A stretch of DNA of 64,000 nucleotides from Acutalibacteraceae bacterium (lineage in GTDB: Bacteria > Bacillota > Clostridia > Oscillospirales > Acutalibacteraceae): contig JAZSNR010000027.1 in NCBI GenBank assembly GCA_045536495.1, positions 549 through 64,548 of the forward strand. The letters are read 5' to 3'. Shown here one piece after another: positions 28,025 to 37,692 of the stretch. The position numbers and the translations under genes are program-made. Within the stretch, counting starts at the first letter, position 1. The number at the start of each line of letters is the position of its first letter. The notes under the pieces were generated by a model. The model was not told the origin of the DNA. It saw nothing but the letters and a program-made list of their open reading frames with translations, and ran no database searches.

Positions 28025-29536
28025 ATGAATTCTGATAGGTTGAAAAATGGTGTGCTTTCTACCTATACAACATATTTTATTCAGTTTGTTGTTGGTATGA
28101 TTTTTACGCCCGTTCTTATAAAATCATTAGGACAAAGCAGTTATGGTGTTTATCAGATTGCCATGTCTGTTGTTGCGTATATTACTATTCTGAATTTTGG
28201 TATTCCTCATACATATATGCGCTTCTTTGCTGTGGAAAAAAGCAAAGGTGAAAGCAACAAAGTAAAGCAACTTAATGCAACATATTTGCTTGTTATGGGC
28301 GTTATTGCTTTAATAATTTTTACAGTCGGTTTGGCGATTTCTTTAGCTGTAGATAAATTTCTTAGAGTAAATTTATCTCAGGATGAATTGGTTTTATGCA
28401 GAAACGCCATTGTCTTATTATCAATAAATGCGGCAATCACAGTTTTATCATCTGCTTTTGAGGCTTATTTTTTAGCTTTTGAGAGATTCAGTCTTAATAA
28501 AATTGTAAACTGCATTCAATATGTTTTTACCTCATTGTTTTCGTTGGTAGCCCTTAAAATGGGGTTCGGCTTATATTCAATCATAATGATTACTATAGCC
28601 GTTACTTTGATTAAGCTTATATTTACAATGGGCTATAGCGTTAAAAAATTAGAGATGAGAGCTTCTTTTACAGGATTTGATTCTCGTGTTTTGAAGGCTA
28701 TGCTCATATATTCATCTTTTTTGTTTGTGAATCTTATTGCAGACCAGATGAACTGGAGTGTAGACAGGCTTTTATTGGGCGCAATGGTAGGTTCTGAAAG
28801 TGCGGCTGTTTATGGCGTTTCAAGTCAGATTCACAGTATGTATATGCAGTTGATGATTGCCATATCTGCAGTTTTTATAACAAAAATTAATAATATGGTT
28901 GCTCAGAAAGAAGATTGTGCGCTTTCTGACTTGTTTATAAATGTAGGAAAAATTCAGTTTGTATTAGCAGGACTTGTCAATATTGGGTTTATCTTTTTTG
29001 GGAAGCATTTTATTGCTTTATGGGCAGGAGCTGGCTATGAAAACTCATATTGGGTTTGCATAATTCTTATGATTTCTTCAACTGTTCTTTATATTCAGAA
29101 CATAGGAACAGAAATTCAACGAGCAAAAAACAAGCATAAGCAAAGGGCGTTGTTATATATCGGAATGTGCTTTTTGAATTTGATTCTCAGTATCGTTCTT
29201 ATAAACAAATATAATGAAATTGGTGCGGCTTTAGGTACTGCTGCTTCTGTTGTTATTGGCGATGGAATAGTGATGAATATTTATTATAAAAAGAAAATGA
29301 ACTTGGACATTTGCAGATTCTGGAAAGAAATGCTTAAAATATCAATTGCTTTTGTTCCTTCGATTATTTATGGCGGAATGTTCCTTCTATTTAATAACTG
29401 CAAAACATTCTGGGATTGTATTCCTTCTATGGCAATAATGGTGTTAGTATATTGCTTATCTTGCTTTTTTGTTTTACTCAATAAATCACAAAGGGACGAA
29501 ATAAGTTTAAAAATAAAAGGCTTTATCAAGAGGTGA
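28025..29536 (+). CDS. Wzx-type oligosaccharide/polysaccharide flippase (MOP superfamily)
   Basis: About 500 aa with 12-14 predicted TM helices. GGAGG precedes ATG 28025. It sits in a glycan cluster. Confidence 0.75.
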   Translation: MNSDRLKNGVLSTYTTYFIQFVVGMIFTPVLIKSLGQSSYGVYQIAMSVVAYITILNFGIPHTYMRFFAVEKSKGESNKVKQLNATYLLVMGVIALIIFTVGLAISLAVDKFLRVNLSQDELVLCRNAIVLLSINAAITVLSSAFEAYFLAFERFSLNKIVNCIQYVFTSLFSLVALKMGFGLYSIIMITIAVTLIKLIFTMGYSVKKLEMRASFTGFDSRVLKAMLIYSSFLFVNLIADQMNWSVDRLLLGAMVGSESAAVYGVSSQIHSMYMQLMIAISAVFITKINNMVAQKEDCALSDLFINVGKIQFVLAGLVNIGFIFFGKHFIALWAGAGYENSYWVCIILMISSTVLYIQNIGTEIQRAKNKHKQRALLYIGMCFLNLILSIVLINKYNEIGAALGTAASVVIGDGIVMNIYYKKKMNLDICRFWKEMLKISIAFVPSIIYGGMFLLFNNCKTFWDCIPSMAIMVLVYCLSCFFVLLNKSQRDEISLKIKGFIKR

Positions 29537-29544
29537 CTAATAAA

Positions 29545-30456
29545 ATGAATCTTGGAGAAAAGTTAACAGTTTTAGTGTGCTCTTGTGATGCTTATGAAGA
29601 TTTATGGTATCCGTTTTTTAAGTTGTTTAATAAGTACTGGGAAAAATGTCCTTGTAGAATTATATTGAATACCGAAACAAAGAAATATGAATATGAGAAT
29701 CTGAATATAGAGTGCTTTTCTTTTTATGAAGACAATAAGGTGAAATATGGGGAACGATTTTTGAGGCATATGGAAGAAATCAAAACCCCATATACATTAA
29801 TTTTGTTGGATGATTTTTTTATAAGAGAAAAGGTTGATGAGAATAGATTAAGAGAAATAGTTTCCTGGATGGAAGCCGATGAGAGTATTGCAACATTTAA
29901 TTTTGATGCAGTCAAGGATGAGTATAATATAAAAAGTGAATACGATGGCTTTGTTAAGAGGTCAAAAATTGCGCCATATAAATTAAATATGCAAGCGGGA
30001 GTCTGGCGTACAGATTATTTAAGAAAGTTATGGAGAAAGAATGACTCTCCTTGGACTTGGGAAATTTATGGCAACAGCAGAACTTTTGACGATAAATACA
30101 AGTTTTATTGCTTACAGTCGTTAAATGATACTCCCATAAATTACGGATATGATGAAAATGGAATGGGAGTTTTCAGAGGTCAATGGTGCGGAGATATTCC
30201 TCCTCTTTTTGAAACAGAAGAAATTTCAATGGATTTCTCCCAAAGAGGATTTTATTCTCCTGAAAAAGAGCAAAAATCAATACAGGGGAATAATATATTT
30301 GAAATAGTTATAAAGGCACTATCAGGGTTTAAAAACAAATATTTTATTATTTGGTTTCTGGTTGCTTTTTATAAAGTGGTTTGTATGAAATTAAATAAGC
30401 CTTTAAAATATGAGGATTACACCCAATTCATAAATAAGGTTTTGAAAAAATGGTGA
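29545..30456 (+). CDS. hypothetical protein in the glycan cluster (function unknown)
   Basis: The ORF is intact and tightly packed between wzx and yfhO. I recognise no motif. Confidence 0.5.
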   Translation: MNLGEKLTVLVCSCDAYEDLWYPFFKLFNKYWEKCPCRIILNTETKKYEYENLNIECFSFYEDNKVKYGERFLRHMEEIKTPYTLILLDDFFIREKVDENRLREIVSWMEADESIATFNFDAVKDEYNIKSEYDGFVKRSKIAPYKLNMQAGVWRTDYLRKLWRKNDSPWTWEIYGNSRTFDDKYKFYCLQSLNDTPINYGYDENGMGVFRGQWCGDIPPLFETEEISMDFSQRGFYSPEKEQKSIQGNNIFEIVIKALSGFKNKYFIIWFLVAFYKVVCMKLNKPLKYEDYTQFINKVLKKW

Positions 30457-30460
30457 ATTT

Positions 30461-33223
30461 ATGAGTAATAGAGAAATGAAATTTAAACCTATATGGCTTG
30501 TTGCCCCTGCAATTGTGGTGGTATGGCTTATGGGAATGTATTATTACAGAGAGGTTTTTCCTTTCGGTACAGGCAGTATACTCGGGTATGATTTGTATAA
30601 CGGCAGTGTGCCTGTATGGTACCATATATATGATGCATGGCATAGCGGGGATTTATCTGCATTGTTTTATGATTTCACAACTGCAGGTGGGTTTGTATGG
30701 AATTGGTTACTTTCAATTCTTCAACCAAGAAATCTGTTTTTGCTTTTATGGCCCCGTGAATATTTTGCAGATGCGGTTTCGGTGTTCTTCGTTTTCGAAA
30801 TGGCATTGATTGCTTTATCGGCATCTTTCAGTTTCTCTAAAATATTTCCTAAATTGGCAGATAGCTGGCTTGTACTTATCTCGCTTATGTATACTTTCAG
30901 CGGGTATAACTTAGTCCTTTTTACCAATATGGACTGGCTTGACACGGTGCTTCTTTATCCGCTTCTTATAGTGTCAACCTTGAATCTTTTTAAAAATAAA
31001 AGTAAAATACCATTTTTAGTAATATTAAGCTATTTGTTTCTTTTTGGTACATATATGGCGTTTTTTGTCATGGTTTCCCTGATAATTTTCGGCGGATTTT
31101 ATATTTTCCTCATTGAAAAGAAAAGCAATCGCAAAAATGCAATTTTATCTTTAGGCATCGGAGCAGGAGTATCACTTGTTGCAGGGGCAAGGACTGTTTA
31201 TAACTTCGCTTCAAGCATTTTCGGAAGTGCGAGAATGGACACAGGTTCGTTCAGTTATGACAGCGTCACAGGTAAGGCGGAAACTGTCGGTGGCTATTGG
31301 GGTATATTAAATACAGAAAATCAGATAGATATAGCCGCAGTATTTATGTTTATGGGTATGGCTTTGGCTATTGCTTCTCTTATAGTTCTCTGGGTTCACT
31401 TTAAAAAGCATAAAGAAAGCAGAAAATATATCTTGTTTTTTACAATTGTTGTTTTCCTTTTAATGCTTCAGATTGTGGTGAAATCAGTAATGCTGTTGTG
31501 GCATGGTGGCTCATTCCAGATGTTCCCCTTCAGAAACGGCTATATGGTAGCTTTTTTCTGTTGTTGTATAATTGGTTATTATTATAGCGAGTTTGAAGAT
31601 AAGGAAGGTGTTGATTTAAAGGGTTCCGTTCTTAATTTCATTACTATAATACCTGCGTTTGTTGCAGGTTTAATAGCCGTTTGTTATGTTGGTGTTTATT
31701 ATGAGATGCTCAGGGATACCTTTGATATTCTTAATCTTTCCATAAATTTTCAGACCAATACAATGAGATATCCGTATATGTGTTTATCTCTTGCTTTAAT
31801 TGCATGTTTATTGCTTATCAAGCTCATAAAAATCAAAAATGTCAGAAGAACTTTATCAATGGCTATTGTTGTTGCTATGATTGGCGTGAATTCTTTGGCG
31901 TTGATTGGGTATCGGACAGCATTTCAGGATTCAACAACATACGAAAAAGAGAAAAGAGTAATTGAAAATGTTGCGGTCAGAGATGTGCTTTGCAGAGTTA
32001 ATAATGATGATGGCTCGTTGATGACTAACTATGGTTATGTTGCCGGTGTTTCAACCTTGGCAAACTGGACTCATTCTTTAAGCAGTGGACATTTAAAGGC
32101 GTTTACTGATTTAGGCTTTGAAACCTATTTCACATCTGTTACCGGTATTGGGGGAACTGTTTTTTCAGAAGCTTTGATGCGGGTTACTCACACCACATCG
32201 GAAATGAAGATGAATAATCAGTTATATGAAAAATATGCCGAGGATGAGACGGGTATTGATTTTTATAAAAACAGATACACTCTTCCTGTTGGTTTAGTTT
32301 TTGATGAAGAAATAAAAGCAGTTAATGCTGATGATTTCCAAAACACATTCGAATACCAAAATGCAATATATAAGTCTATAGCACAGGACGGAGAGTTGTT
32401 TGAAAAGGTATCTTATGCAGATGTTTCTGAAAGAATAAAAACACAAGAATTTTATTTTAACGCTGATAAAGAGGATGGAAGCGGTAAAGAACTAAGGCAC
32501 GAAGAAAAAGAGGTTTGCACAGCTACATATACTATTGATATCGGTGCTAAAAGTGTTTTATATTTTGCAGGTGGCGAAAAAAATCAAAAGCCTGATTTTA
32601 CAGAGCTTAAAATCAATGGAAAAAAATTCAAAGACTTTTGTGATGGTACATTCAGTAATGCTCCCATTGAATTAGGCGTTTATGAAAATGAAACAGTGAA
32701 AATTGCTGTGAAATTTTCCCCTGATGCTAAAGCGACCGATAGTATAGTTTTCTACTCTATGGATTTAGGGAAGTTAGAAACTCTTTGTTCTCTTTATAAA
32801 GACAAGCAATACAAGATTGAGGAAACAACAATAAGCTTTGAAACCGAAGGTGAAAAAGGACAGCTTGCATTCGTTCCGATTTCGTACGATGAGAATTGGG
32901 TTTGCACTGTTAACGGTGAAAAAACAGAGCCTATATGTTTGGTAGGTAACTTTATTGGTGTAGAGCTTGCTCAGGGCGCAAACCAAATTGTTATGGAATA
33001 TTCAACTACTTCCTTGTGGGTTACAACGATAGAAATATTTGCTGCTTTCTTCCTTGGTTTAGGGCTTGTTGTTTTAATTGATAAAAAGATTAAAATACCA
33101 AAAATAATTTATACATTGGCGTTTATCGCATTTGTTATTATTTTTGTTGGTGGTATGGTAGTTTTATATGCTTTACCTGTTGGTTGGTCTGTTATAAAAG
33201 AAATTATTGCATTGACACTCTAA
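30461..33223 (+). CDS. YfhO family membrane glycosyltransferase (GT-C-like)
   Basis: 920 aa. It has many N-terminal TM helices with the FPFG...L.YDL..G..P.W motif region, a large extracytoplasmic domain and a C-terminal TM. Confidence 0.75.
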   Translation: MSNREMKFKPIWLVAPAIVVVWLMGMYYYREVFPFGTGSILGYDLYNGSVPVWYHIYDAWHSGDLSALFYDFTTAGGFVWNWLLSILQPRNLFLLLWPREYFADAVSVFFVFEMALIALSASFSFSKIFPKLADSWLVLISLMYTFSGYNLVLFTNMDWLDTVLLYPLLIVSTLNLFKNKSKIPFLVILSYLFLFGTYMAFFVMVSLIIFGGFYIFLIEKKSNRKNAILSLGIGAGVSLVAGARTVYNFASSIFGSARMDTGSFSYDSVTGKAETVGGYWGILNTENQIDIAAVFMFMGMALAIASLIVLWVHFKKHKESRKYILFFTIVVFLLMLQIVVKSVMLLWHGGSFQMFPFRNGYMVAFFCCCIIGYYYSEFEDKEGVDLKGSVLNFITIIPAFVAGLIAVCYVGVYYEMLRDTFDILNLSINFQTNTMRYPYMCLSLALIACLLLIKLIKIKNVRRTLSMAIVVAMIGVNSLALIGYRTAFQDSTTYEKEKRVIENVAVRDVLCRVNNDDGSLMTNYGYVAGVSTLANWTHSLSSGHLKAFTDLGFETYFTSVTGIGGTVFSEALMRVTHTTSEMKMNNQLYEKYAEDETGIDFYKNRYTLPVGLVFDEEIKAVNADDFQNTFEYQNAIYKSIAQDGELFEKVSYADVSERIKTQEFYFNADKEDGSGKELRHEEKEVCTATYTIDIGAKSVLYFAGGEKNQKPDFTELKINGKKFKDFCDGTFSNAPIELGVYENETVKIAVKFSPDAKATDSIVFYSMDLGKLETLCSLYKDKQYKIEETTISFETEGEKGQLAFVPISYDENWVCTVNGEKTEPICLVGNFIGVELAQGANQIVMEYSTTSLWVTTIEIFAAFFLGLGLVVLIDKKIKIPKIIYTLAFIAFVIIFVGGMVVLYALPVGWSVIKEIIALTL

Positions 33224-33226
33224 AGG

Positions 33227-33727
33227 ATGTTGTTTTTGAAAAATATAGTTCTTATAGGTATGCCGGGTGCAGGGAAAAGCACCATTGGCGTTATACTTGC
33301 AAAATCTTTGCTTTTTGATTTCTGCGATACGGACTTGAGTATTCAGAAAAGCACATGCAAAAGCCTTTCTCAAATTATAAATGAAGAGGGTATAGATGAT
33401 TTTATAAAGCTTGAAGAGGAAATAATATGTAGTGAAGCTTTTGCTGATTGCGTTGTTGCAACGGGCGGAAGTGCTGTTTACGGCGAAAAGGCTATGGAAA
33501 AGCTAAAAGAAAACGGAATAATTGTTTATCTTAAAGTTAGTCCTGCAGAGCTGGAAAAAAGAATAAAAAATATACATACCCGGGGAATTGCCATGAAAGA
33601 GGGGACAACCATTTCGGCTCTTTACGAAGAAAGAGCGCCTCTTTATGAAAAATATGCAGACATAACAATTGAGTGCGACGGTAAAACTGCCGAAGAATGT
33701 GTTGACTTAATAATGAACAAGATATAA
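33227..33727 (+). CDS. aroK: shikimate kinase
   Basis: NIVLIGMPGAGKSTIG..LA P-loop, followed by D.D and GGG-type motifs. 166 aa. Confidence 0.88.
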   Translation: MLFLKNIVLIGMPGAGKSTIGVILAKSLLFDFCDTDLSIQKSTCKSLSQIINEEGIDDFIKLEEEIICSEAFADCVVATGGSAVYGEKAMEKLKENGIIVYLKVSPAELEKRIKNIHTRGIAMKEGTTISALYEERAPLYEKYADITIECDGKTAEECVDLIMNKI

Positions 33728-33775
33728 AAAATCACCTACTGAGGAAATTTAACTCGGTAGGTGATTTCTTTATTT
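33727..33775. terminator. bidirectional terminator
   Basis: Stem aatcacctac/gtaggtgatt with a T-rich tail. Confidence 0.55.
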
Positions 33776-33946
33776 GTTTTCTTTTTCTTGATTATCCAAA
33801 GCATACTTACAACATTGTAGAACAAGTAAATTGAATGATATGTTATTTTCTGCGGCGGTTTGATTCAATTTTTCAAAAAGTGGCTCGGTAAATCGAATTG
33901 TTCTTGATATATTTGCTGATTTGAATTCGTTTTCGATTTTAAACAT
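33770..33946 (-). CDS. ribbon-helix-helix (Arc/CopG-like) small DNA-binding protein
   Basis: 58 aa. RTIRFTEPLFEKLNQTAAENNISFNLLVLQ fits a beta-alpha-alpha RHH pattern. AGGAG precedes ATG 33946. Confidence 0.6.
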   Translation of the reverse strand: MFKIENEFKSANISRTIRFTEPLFEKLNQTAAENNISFNLLVLQCCKYALDNQEKENK

Positions 33947-33996
33947 AATATCAACTCCTATTACAATATTATGCTCAAAATACACTATATTTATAT

Positions 33997-34010
33997 AACC
34001 ATTAATGGTT
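33997..34010. promoter_or_regulatory. perfect 14-nt palindrome in the divergent promoter region; candidate RHH operator
   Basis: aaccattaatggtt abuts a TTGCAT-17-TATTAT promoter for the + strand genes. Confidence 0.35.
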
Positions 34011-34056
34011 GCATAAATGATTGCGTTGTGCTATTATCGTTTGGGAGGTTGATTTT

Positions 34057-34245
34057 ATGAATAATAATTTAAAAGAATTGGAGTTATTTAAGAAAATGTA
34101 CTATTGCTTATTTAATGCGATAACCGATTCTGAAAAATACAAAACAAAAGAAGAAATGATAGAATTTTTAAAGAGTAAGCAACTTGAAACGGAAGAAATA
34201 TATATAAGTTTTGGGGAGAATCTTGATTTGAGTGAACGATTTTGA
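34057..34245 (+). CDS. hypothetical small protein (62 aa)
   Basis: A strong RBS GGGAGG lies 8 nt before ATG 34057. No homology is recognised. Confidence 0.5.
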   Translation: MNNNLKELELFKKMYYCLFNAITDSEKYKTKEEMIEFLKSKQLETEEIYISFGENLDLSERF

Positions 34246-34266
34246 TACAATTATTTCGGTGATTTT

Positions 34267-34758
34267 ATGGATAATAAAAATTTTGTTCCACAATGGATTT
34301 TAGATAGCAAAACCGCACCCGATGAAGTTAACAAGGATGTTGATAAAATTGTTGGCGGTTATGTTGCCGCCTTTATGAAAAGGGGTTTTACCCAAAGCGA
34401 AATTGGCGAGCTTCTCGTTCCTGCATTTACTCTTCCTTTGGAAGAGGTTGAGAAGAGAATTGACTGCGTTCTTTCCTGCGGGGAAAGTCCTAAGAATGAA
34501 CAAATGCGTATTCTTTGCGCACGACTTGCTTCAAGAGGGTTTCTGTTTTCAAATGATAACAATGACCCTTGCGATATACTTGATTTCATTAAAGATAAAT
34601 ATGGTAAGAGCGTTGCTTCTGAAACACTTTTGGTGTTTCCTGAAATTCTTTCTGTCTGGAAAAAAGCGGATGTAAGAGATAAGGAAGAATATAAAAACGA
34701 TAAAAGACAAGCAGAGTTTATTCTGAATGAAATAGCAAGTATATTTCCGGAAATATAA
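34267..34758 (+). CDS. hypothetical protein (163 aa)
   Basis: Intact ORF with coding-like composition and a terminator downstream. No motif is recognised. Confidence 0.5.
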   Translation: MDNKNFVPQWILDSKTAPDEVNKDVDKIVGGYVAAFMKRGFTQSEIGELLVPAFTLPLEEVEKRIDCVLSCGESPKNEQMRILCARLASRGFLFSNDNNDPCDILDFIKDKYGKSVASETLLVFPEILSVWKKADVRDKEEYKNDKRQAEFILNEIASIFPEI

Positions 34759-34761
34759 AAA

Positions 34762-34798
34762 TTCTCCTCAACTAAAAAGTTGGGGAGAATAATTTTTT
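34762..34798. terminator. bidirectional terminator
   Basis: Stem ttctcctcaac/gttggggagaa followed by a T-run. Confidence 0.6.
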
Positions 34799-35951
34799 AT
34801 TTCATAAGTTCGTCTGCAAGAGCTTCTAATTGTTTGATGTTTTCTTCATTCATTGCAGATTTTATTGTTACTGTTGTATCGGTGTAGGTAATGTCCTTGC
34901 ATTTTTCAAGCATACCTTTAATAACCTTTGCGGCGGTGGGGAACCAAGTGCCGTTTTCGATTATACCGATTGTGCGCTTTTGGTATTGCCTTTCTCTTAA
35001 TTCGTCAACAAACGTTCTCATAAATGGGAAAATATCTGAGTTATAGGTGGTTGTTGCAAGAACAATTTTGCCGTAACGGAAAGCGTCTTCAACCGCTTCT
35101 GCCATATCGTCTCGTGCAAGGTCTGTAACAGTAACCTTGGGACAACCTTTTTCTTTTAAAATGTCTGCAAGCTTTAATACTGCTTTCTTTGTGTTGCCGT
35201 AAACGGATGTGTATGCAATCACAACGCCCTCGCTTTCAACATCATAGGACGACCAGGTATTGTAAAGGTTGAGATAATAACCGAGATTTTCCGTGAGGAT
35301 AGGTCCGTGAAGAGGACAGATTTTTTCGATTTCAAGTGTTGCGGCTTTTTTGAGAAGGTTCTGAACAGGTGCGCCGTATTTACCAACAATACCGAAATAG
35401 TAGCGTCTTGCTTCACATGCCCAGTCTTCCTCAACATCAAGTGCTCCGAATTTGCCGAAACCGTCTGCAGAGAAAAGAATTTTATCTTTTGAGTCATAGG
35501 TAACGATAACCTCGGGCCAATGTACCATTGAAGCGGTAATGAATGTAAGCACACGACCGCCTAAATCAAGAGTATCATTTTCACCAACGATAATCTGTCT
35601 TTCTTCGTAATCTGTTCCGAAAAAGTTTTTCATCATAGCAAACGCCTGTTTTGATGCGACGATTTTTGTTTCGGTATAGGTCTGCATAAAGATGTTAATG
35701 CTTGCAGAATGGTCAGGCTCCATATGCTGAACAATAATATAATCAGGTGCATTGCCATTCATTGCCTCTTTGATATTAGCCATCCACTGACTGTAAAAGT
35801 TAATATCAACACTGTCCAAAACTGCAGTTTTTTCGCCTTTTACAATGTAAGAATTGTATGCCATACCGTTGGGAACAACATACTGTCCCTCAAACAAATC
35901 AATATCGTGGTCGTTTACACCAACATAAATAACTGAATCTGTAATTTTCAT
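34797..35951 (-). CDS. fprA: flavodiiron protein (FprA-type; metallo-beta-lactamase-like plus flavodoxin-like domains)
   Basis: YNSY.V.....A.LDSV and HMEPDHS are di-iron motifs. The C-terminal flavodoxin segment reads VIAYTSVYGNT. Confidence 0.88.
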   Translation of the reverse strand: MKITDSVIYVGVNDHDIDLFEGQYVVPNGMAYNSYIVKGEKTAVLDSVDINFYSQWMANIKEAMNGNAPDYIIVQHMEPDHSASINIFMQTYTETKIVASKQAFAMMKNFFGTDYEERQIIVGENDTLDLGGRVLTFITASMVHWPEVIVTYDSKDKILFSADGFGKFGALDVEEDWACEARRYYFGIVGKYGAPVQNLLKKAATLEIEKICPLHGPILTENLGYYLNLYNTWSSYDVESEGVVIAYTSVYGNTKKAVLKLADILKEKGCPKVTVTDLARDDMAEAVEDAFRYGKIVLATTTYNSDIFPFMRTFVDELRERQYQKRTIGIIENGTWFPTAAKVIKGMLEKCKDITYTDTTVTIKSAMNEENIKQLEALADELMK

Positions 35952-35969
35952 ATTTTTTCTCCGTTTTTT

Positions 35970-35984
35970 TAAGTTATTAACTTA
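35970..35984. promoter_or_regulatory. perfect 7-1-7 palindrome upstream of fprA; candidate Fur/PerR-type box
   Basis: taagtta-t-taactta lies 19 nt upstream of the fprA start codon. Confidence 0.35.
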
Positions 35985-36074
35985 TATGATACACTTTTTT
36001 GAGACTTTTTTCAATGGTAAACTGTTGTAAAGATTTTTGTTTATGATATAATTTTTTCAATAGGAGTTGATTTT

Positions 36075-36686
36075 ATGACAAATAAAGAGAAAATGCACTC
36101 AGGGTTAATTTACTACCCCAGCGGTGACGATATTATGGTTGAGCAGTTAGGCTATGTTAATAAGCTTTATGATTTTAATATGACAAGACCCACCGAGCTC
36201 GATAAAAGAGCAGAAATGCTCAAGGAAATGTTTGCGGAAATTGGTGAGGATTGCTACATAGAACCGCCGTTCCACGCTAACTGGGGCGGTCATCACGTTC
36301 ATTTTGGTAACTCAGTTTACGCGAATTTCGGTCTTACAATGGTTGACGATACCCATATTTATGTAGGGGATTACACGATGTTCGGACCAAATGTTGTTGT
36401 GGCAACTGCAGGGCATCCTATTTTACCTGAGCTTCGCGAAAAAGCATATCAATATAATATGCCTGTTCACATCGGCAGAAACTGTTGGATTGGCGCAGGA
36501 GCGATAATTTTGCCGGGTGTTACAATCGGTGATAATACGGTTATCGGTGCGGGTAGCGTAGTAACAAAAGACATACCCTCTAATGTTGTTGCAGTGGGAA
36601 ATCCCTGCAAGGTGCTTCGCGAGATTAGCGAACACGACAGAGAGTTTTATTTTAGGGATAGAAAGATAGATTACGAAAGTTTTTAA
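36075..36686 (+). CDS. maa: maltose/galactoside O-acetyltransferase family (hexapeptide repeat)
   Basis: MHSG..Y......L................F..G......PF...G.H sets the N-terminal pattern. Hexapeptide repeats follow (IG.N.WIGAGAIILPGVTIGDNTVIGAGSVV). Confidence 0.85.
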   Translation: MTNKEKMHSGLIYYPSGDDIMVEQLGYVNKLYDFNMTRPTELDKRAEMLKEMFAEIGEDCYIEPPFHANWGGHHVHFGNSVYANFGLTMVDDTHIYVGDYTMFGPNVVVATAGHPILPELREKAYQYNMPVHIGRNCWIGAGAIILPGVTIGDNTVIGAGSVVTKDIPSNVVAVGNPCKVLREISEHDREFYFRDRKIDYESF

Positions 36687-36724
36687 AAAACAAGTTCACC
36701 GAAATCTCGGTGAACTTGCTTTTA
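36685..36724. terminator. bidirectional terminator
   Basis: Stem caagttcacc/ggtgaacttg with flanking A and T runs. Confidence 0.7.
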
Positions 36725-37639
36725 TTCTATAGTTTCAATATCATACGGTGTTGTCTGGTAAACGAAGTAGTTCAACCAGTTGGAATAGAGAAGATTTGCG
36801 TGAGAACGCCAGGTATTTAAGGGTTGCTTTGTTATATCGTCATTGGGAAAATAGTTATTCGGCATTTTGATATCAAGCCCGGCATCCTTGTCACGAAGAT
36901 ACTCGTTTTTTAGAGTTTCCGTGTCGTATTCCGAGTGACCTGTAACAAAAATCTGTTTACCGTTTTCTGTTGTAACGATATAAACGCCTGCTTCATCTGA
37001 AGAAGCAAGGATTTTAAGCTCGGGAACTTTTTCAATCTCTTCTCTGCTTACAGTTGTATAGCGAGAGTGGGGGACTTTAAATTCATCATCAAAGCCTCTT
37101 AAGAGAATTGACTGCTTATAATCTGCAGTGTGTTTATAAACACCCGAAACTTTTTCAGGGAGCAGGTATTTCTTTACTCCGTAATGGTAATAAAGACCTG
37201 CCTGAGCACCCCAGCAAATATGGAATGTGCTTGTAACGTGGGTTTTTGACCATTCCATTATTTCGCAAAGCTCTTTCCAATAGCTAACCTCTTCGAATTC
37301 CATTTTTTCAACGGGGGCGCCTGTGATAATAAGTCCGTCAAACTTTCTGTGTTTAACATCATCAAAGGTTTTATAGAACGCTAAAAGGTATTCTTTTGGG
37401 GTGTGTTTCGGGACATGGGATTTTGTGTGAATAAGCTCAAATTCTACCTGCAAGGGAGAGTTACCCAAAAGTCGAGAAAGCTGAGTTTCTGTTACCGTTT
37501 TATTCGGCATGAGGTTGAGAACCAAAATTTTCAACGGACGAATATCTTGAGTAATTGCGCGAGTGTCAGTCATAACGAATATATTCTCTTTTTCGAGAAT
37601 TTCTACTGCCGGTAGCTCGCTGTTAAGTTTAATGGGCAT
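36722..37639 (-). CDS. metA: homoserine O-acyltransferase (MetA family)
   Basis: MPIK....LPA...L..ENIFVM...[17 protein letters not shown] is highly conserved in MetA. Confidence 0.92.
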   Translation of the reverse strand: MPIKLNSELPAVEILEKENIFVMTDTRAITQDIRPLKILVLNLMPNKTVTETQLSRLLGNSPLQVEFELIHTKSHVPKHTPKEYLLAFYKTFDDVKHRKFDGLIITGAPVEKMEFEEVSYWKELCEIMEWSKTHVTSTFHICWGAQAGLYYHYGVKKYLLPEKVSGVYKHTADYKQSILLRGFDDEFKVPHSRYTTVSREEIEKVPELKILASSDEAGVYIVTTENGKQIFVTGHSEYDTETLKNEYLRDKDAGLDIKMPNNYFPNDDITKQPLNTWRSHANLLYSNWLNYFVYQTTPYDIETIE

Positions 37640-37663
37640 TCCTCATACCTCCTTTACTAATTG

Positions 37664-37687
37664 TAGGGGACGGTCTTGACCGTCCCG
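37664..37687 (+). repeat. REP-like element (gtagggg head plus gggacggtc/gaccgtccc palindrome)
   Basis: gtaggggacggtcttgaccgtccc lies in the metY-metA spacer. Confidence 0.65.
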
Positions 37688-37692
37688 TTTTA

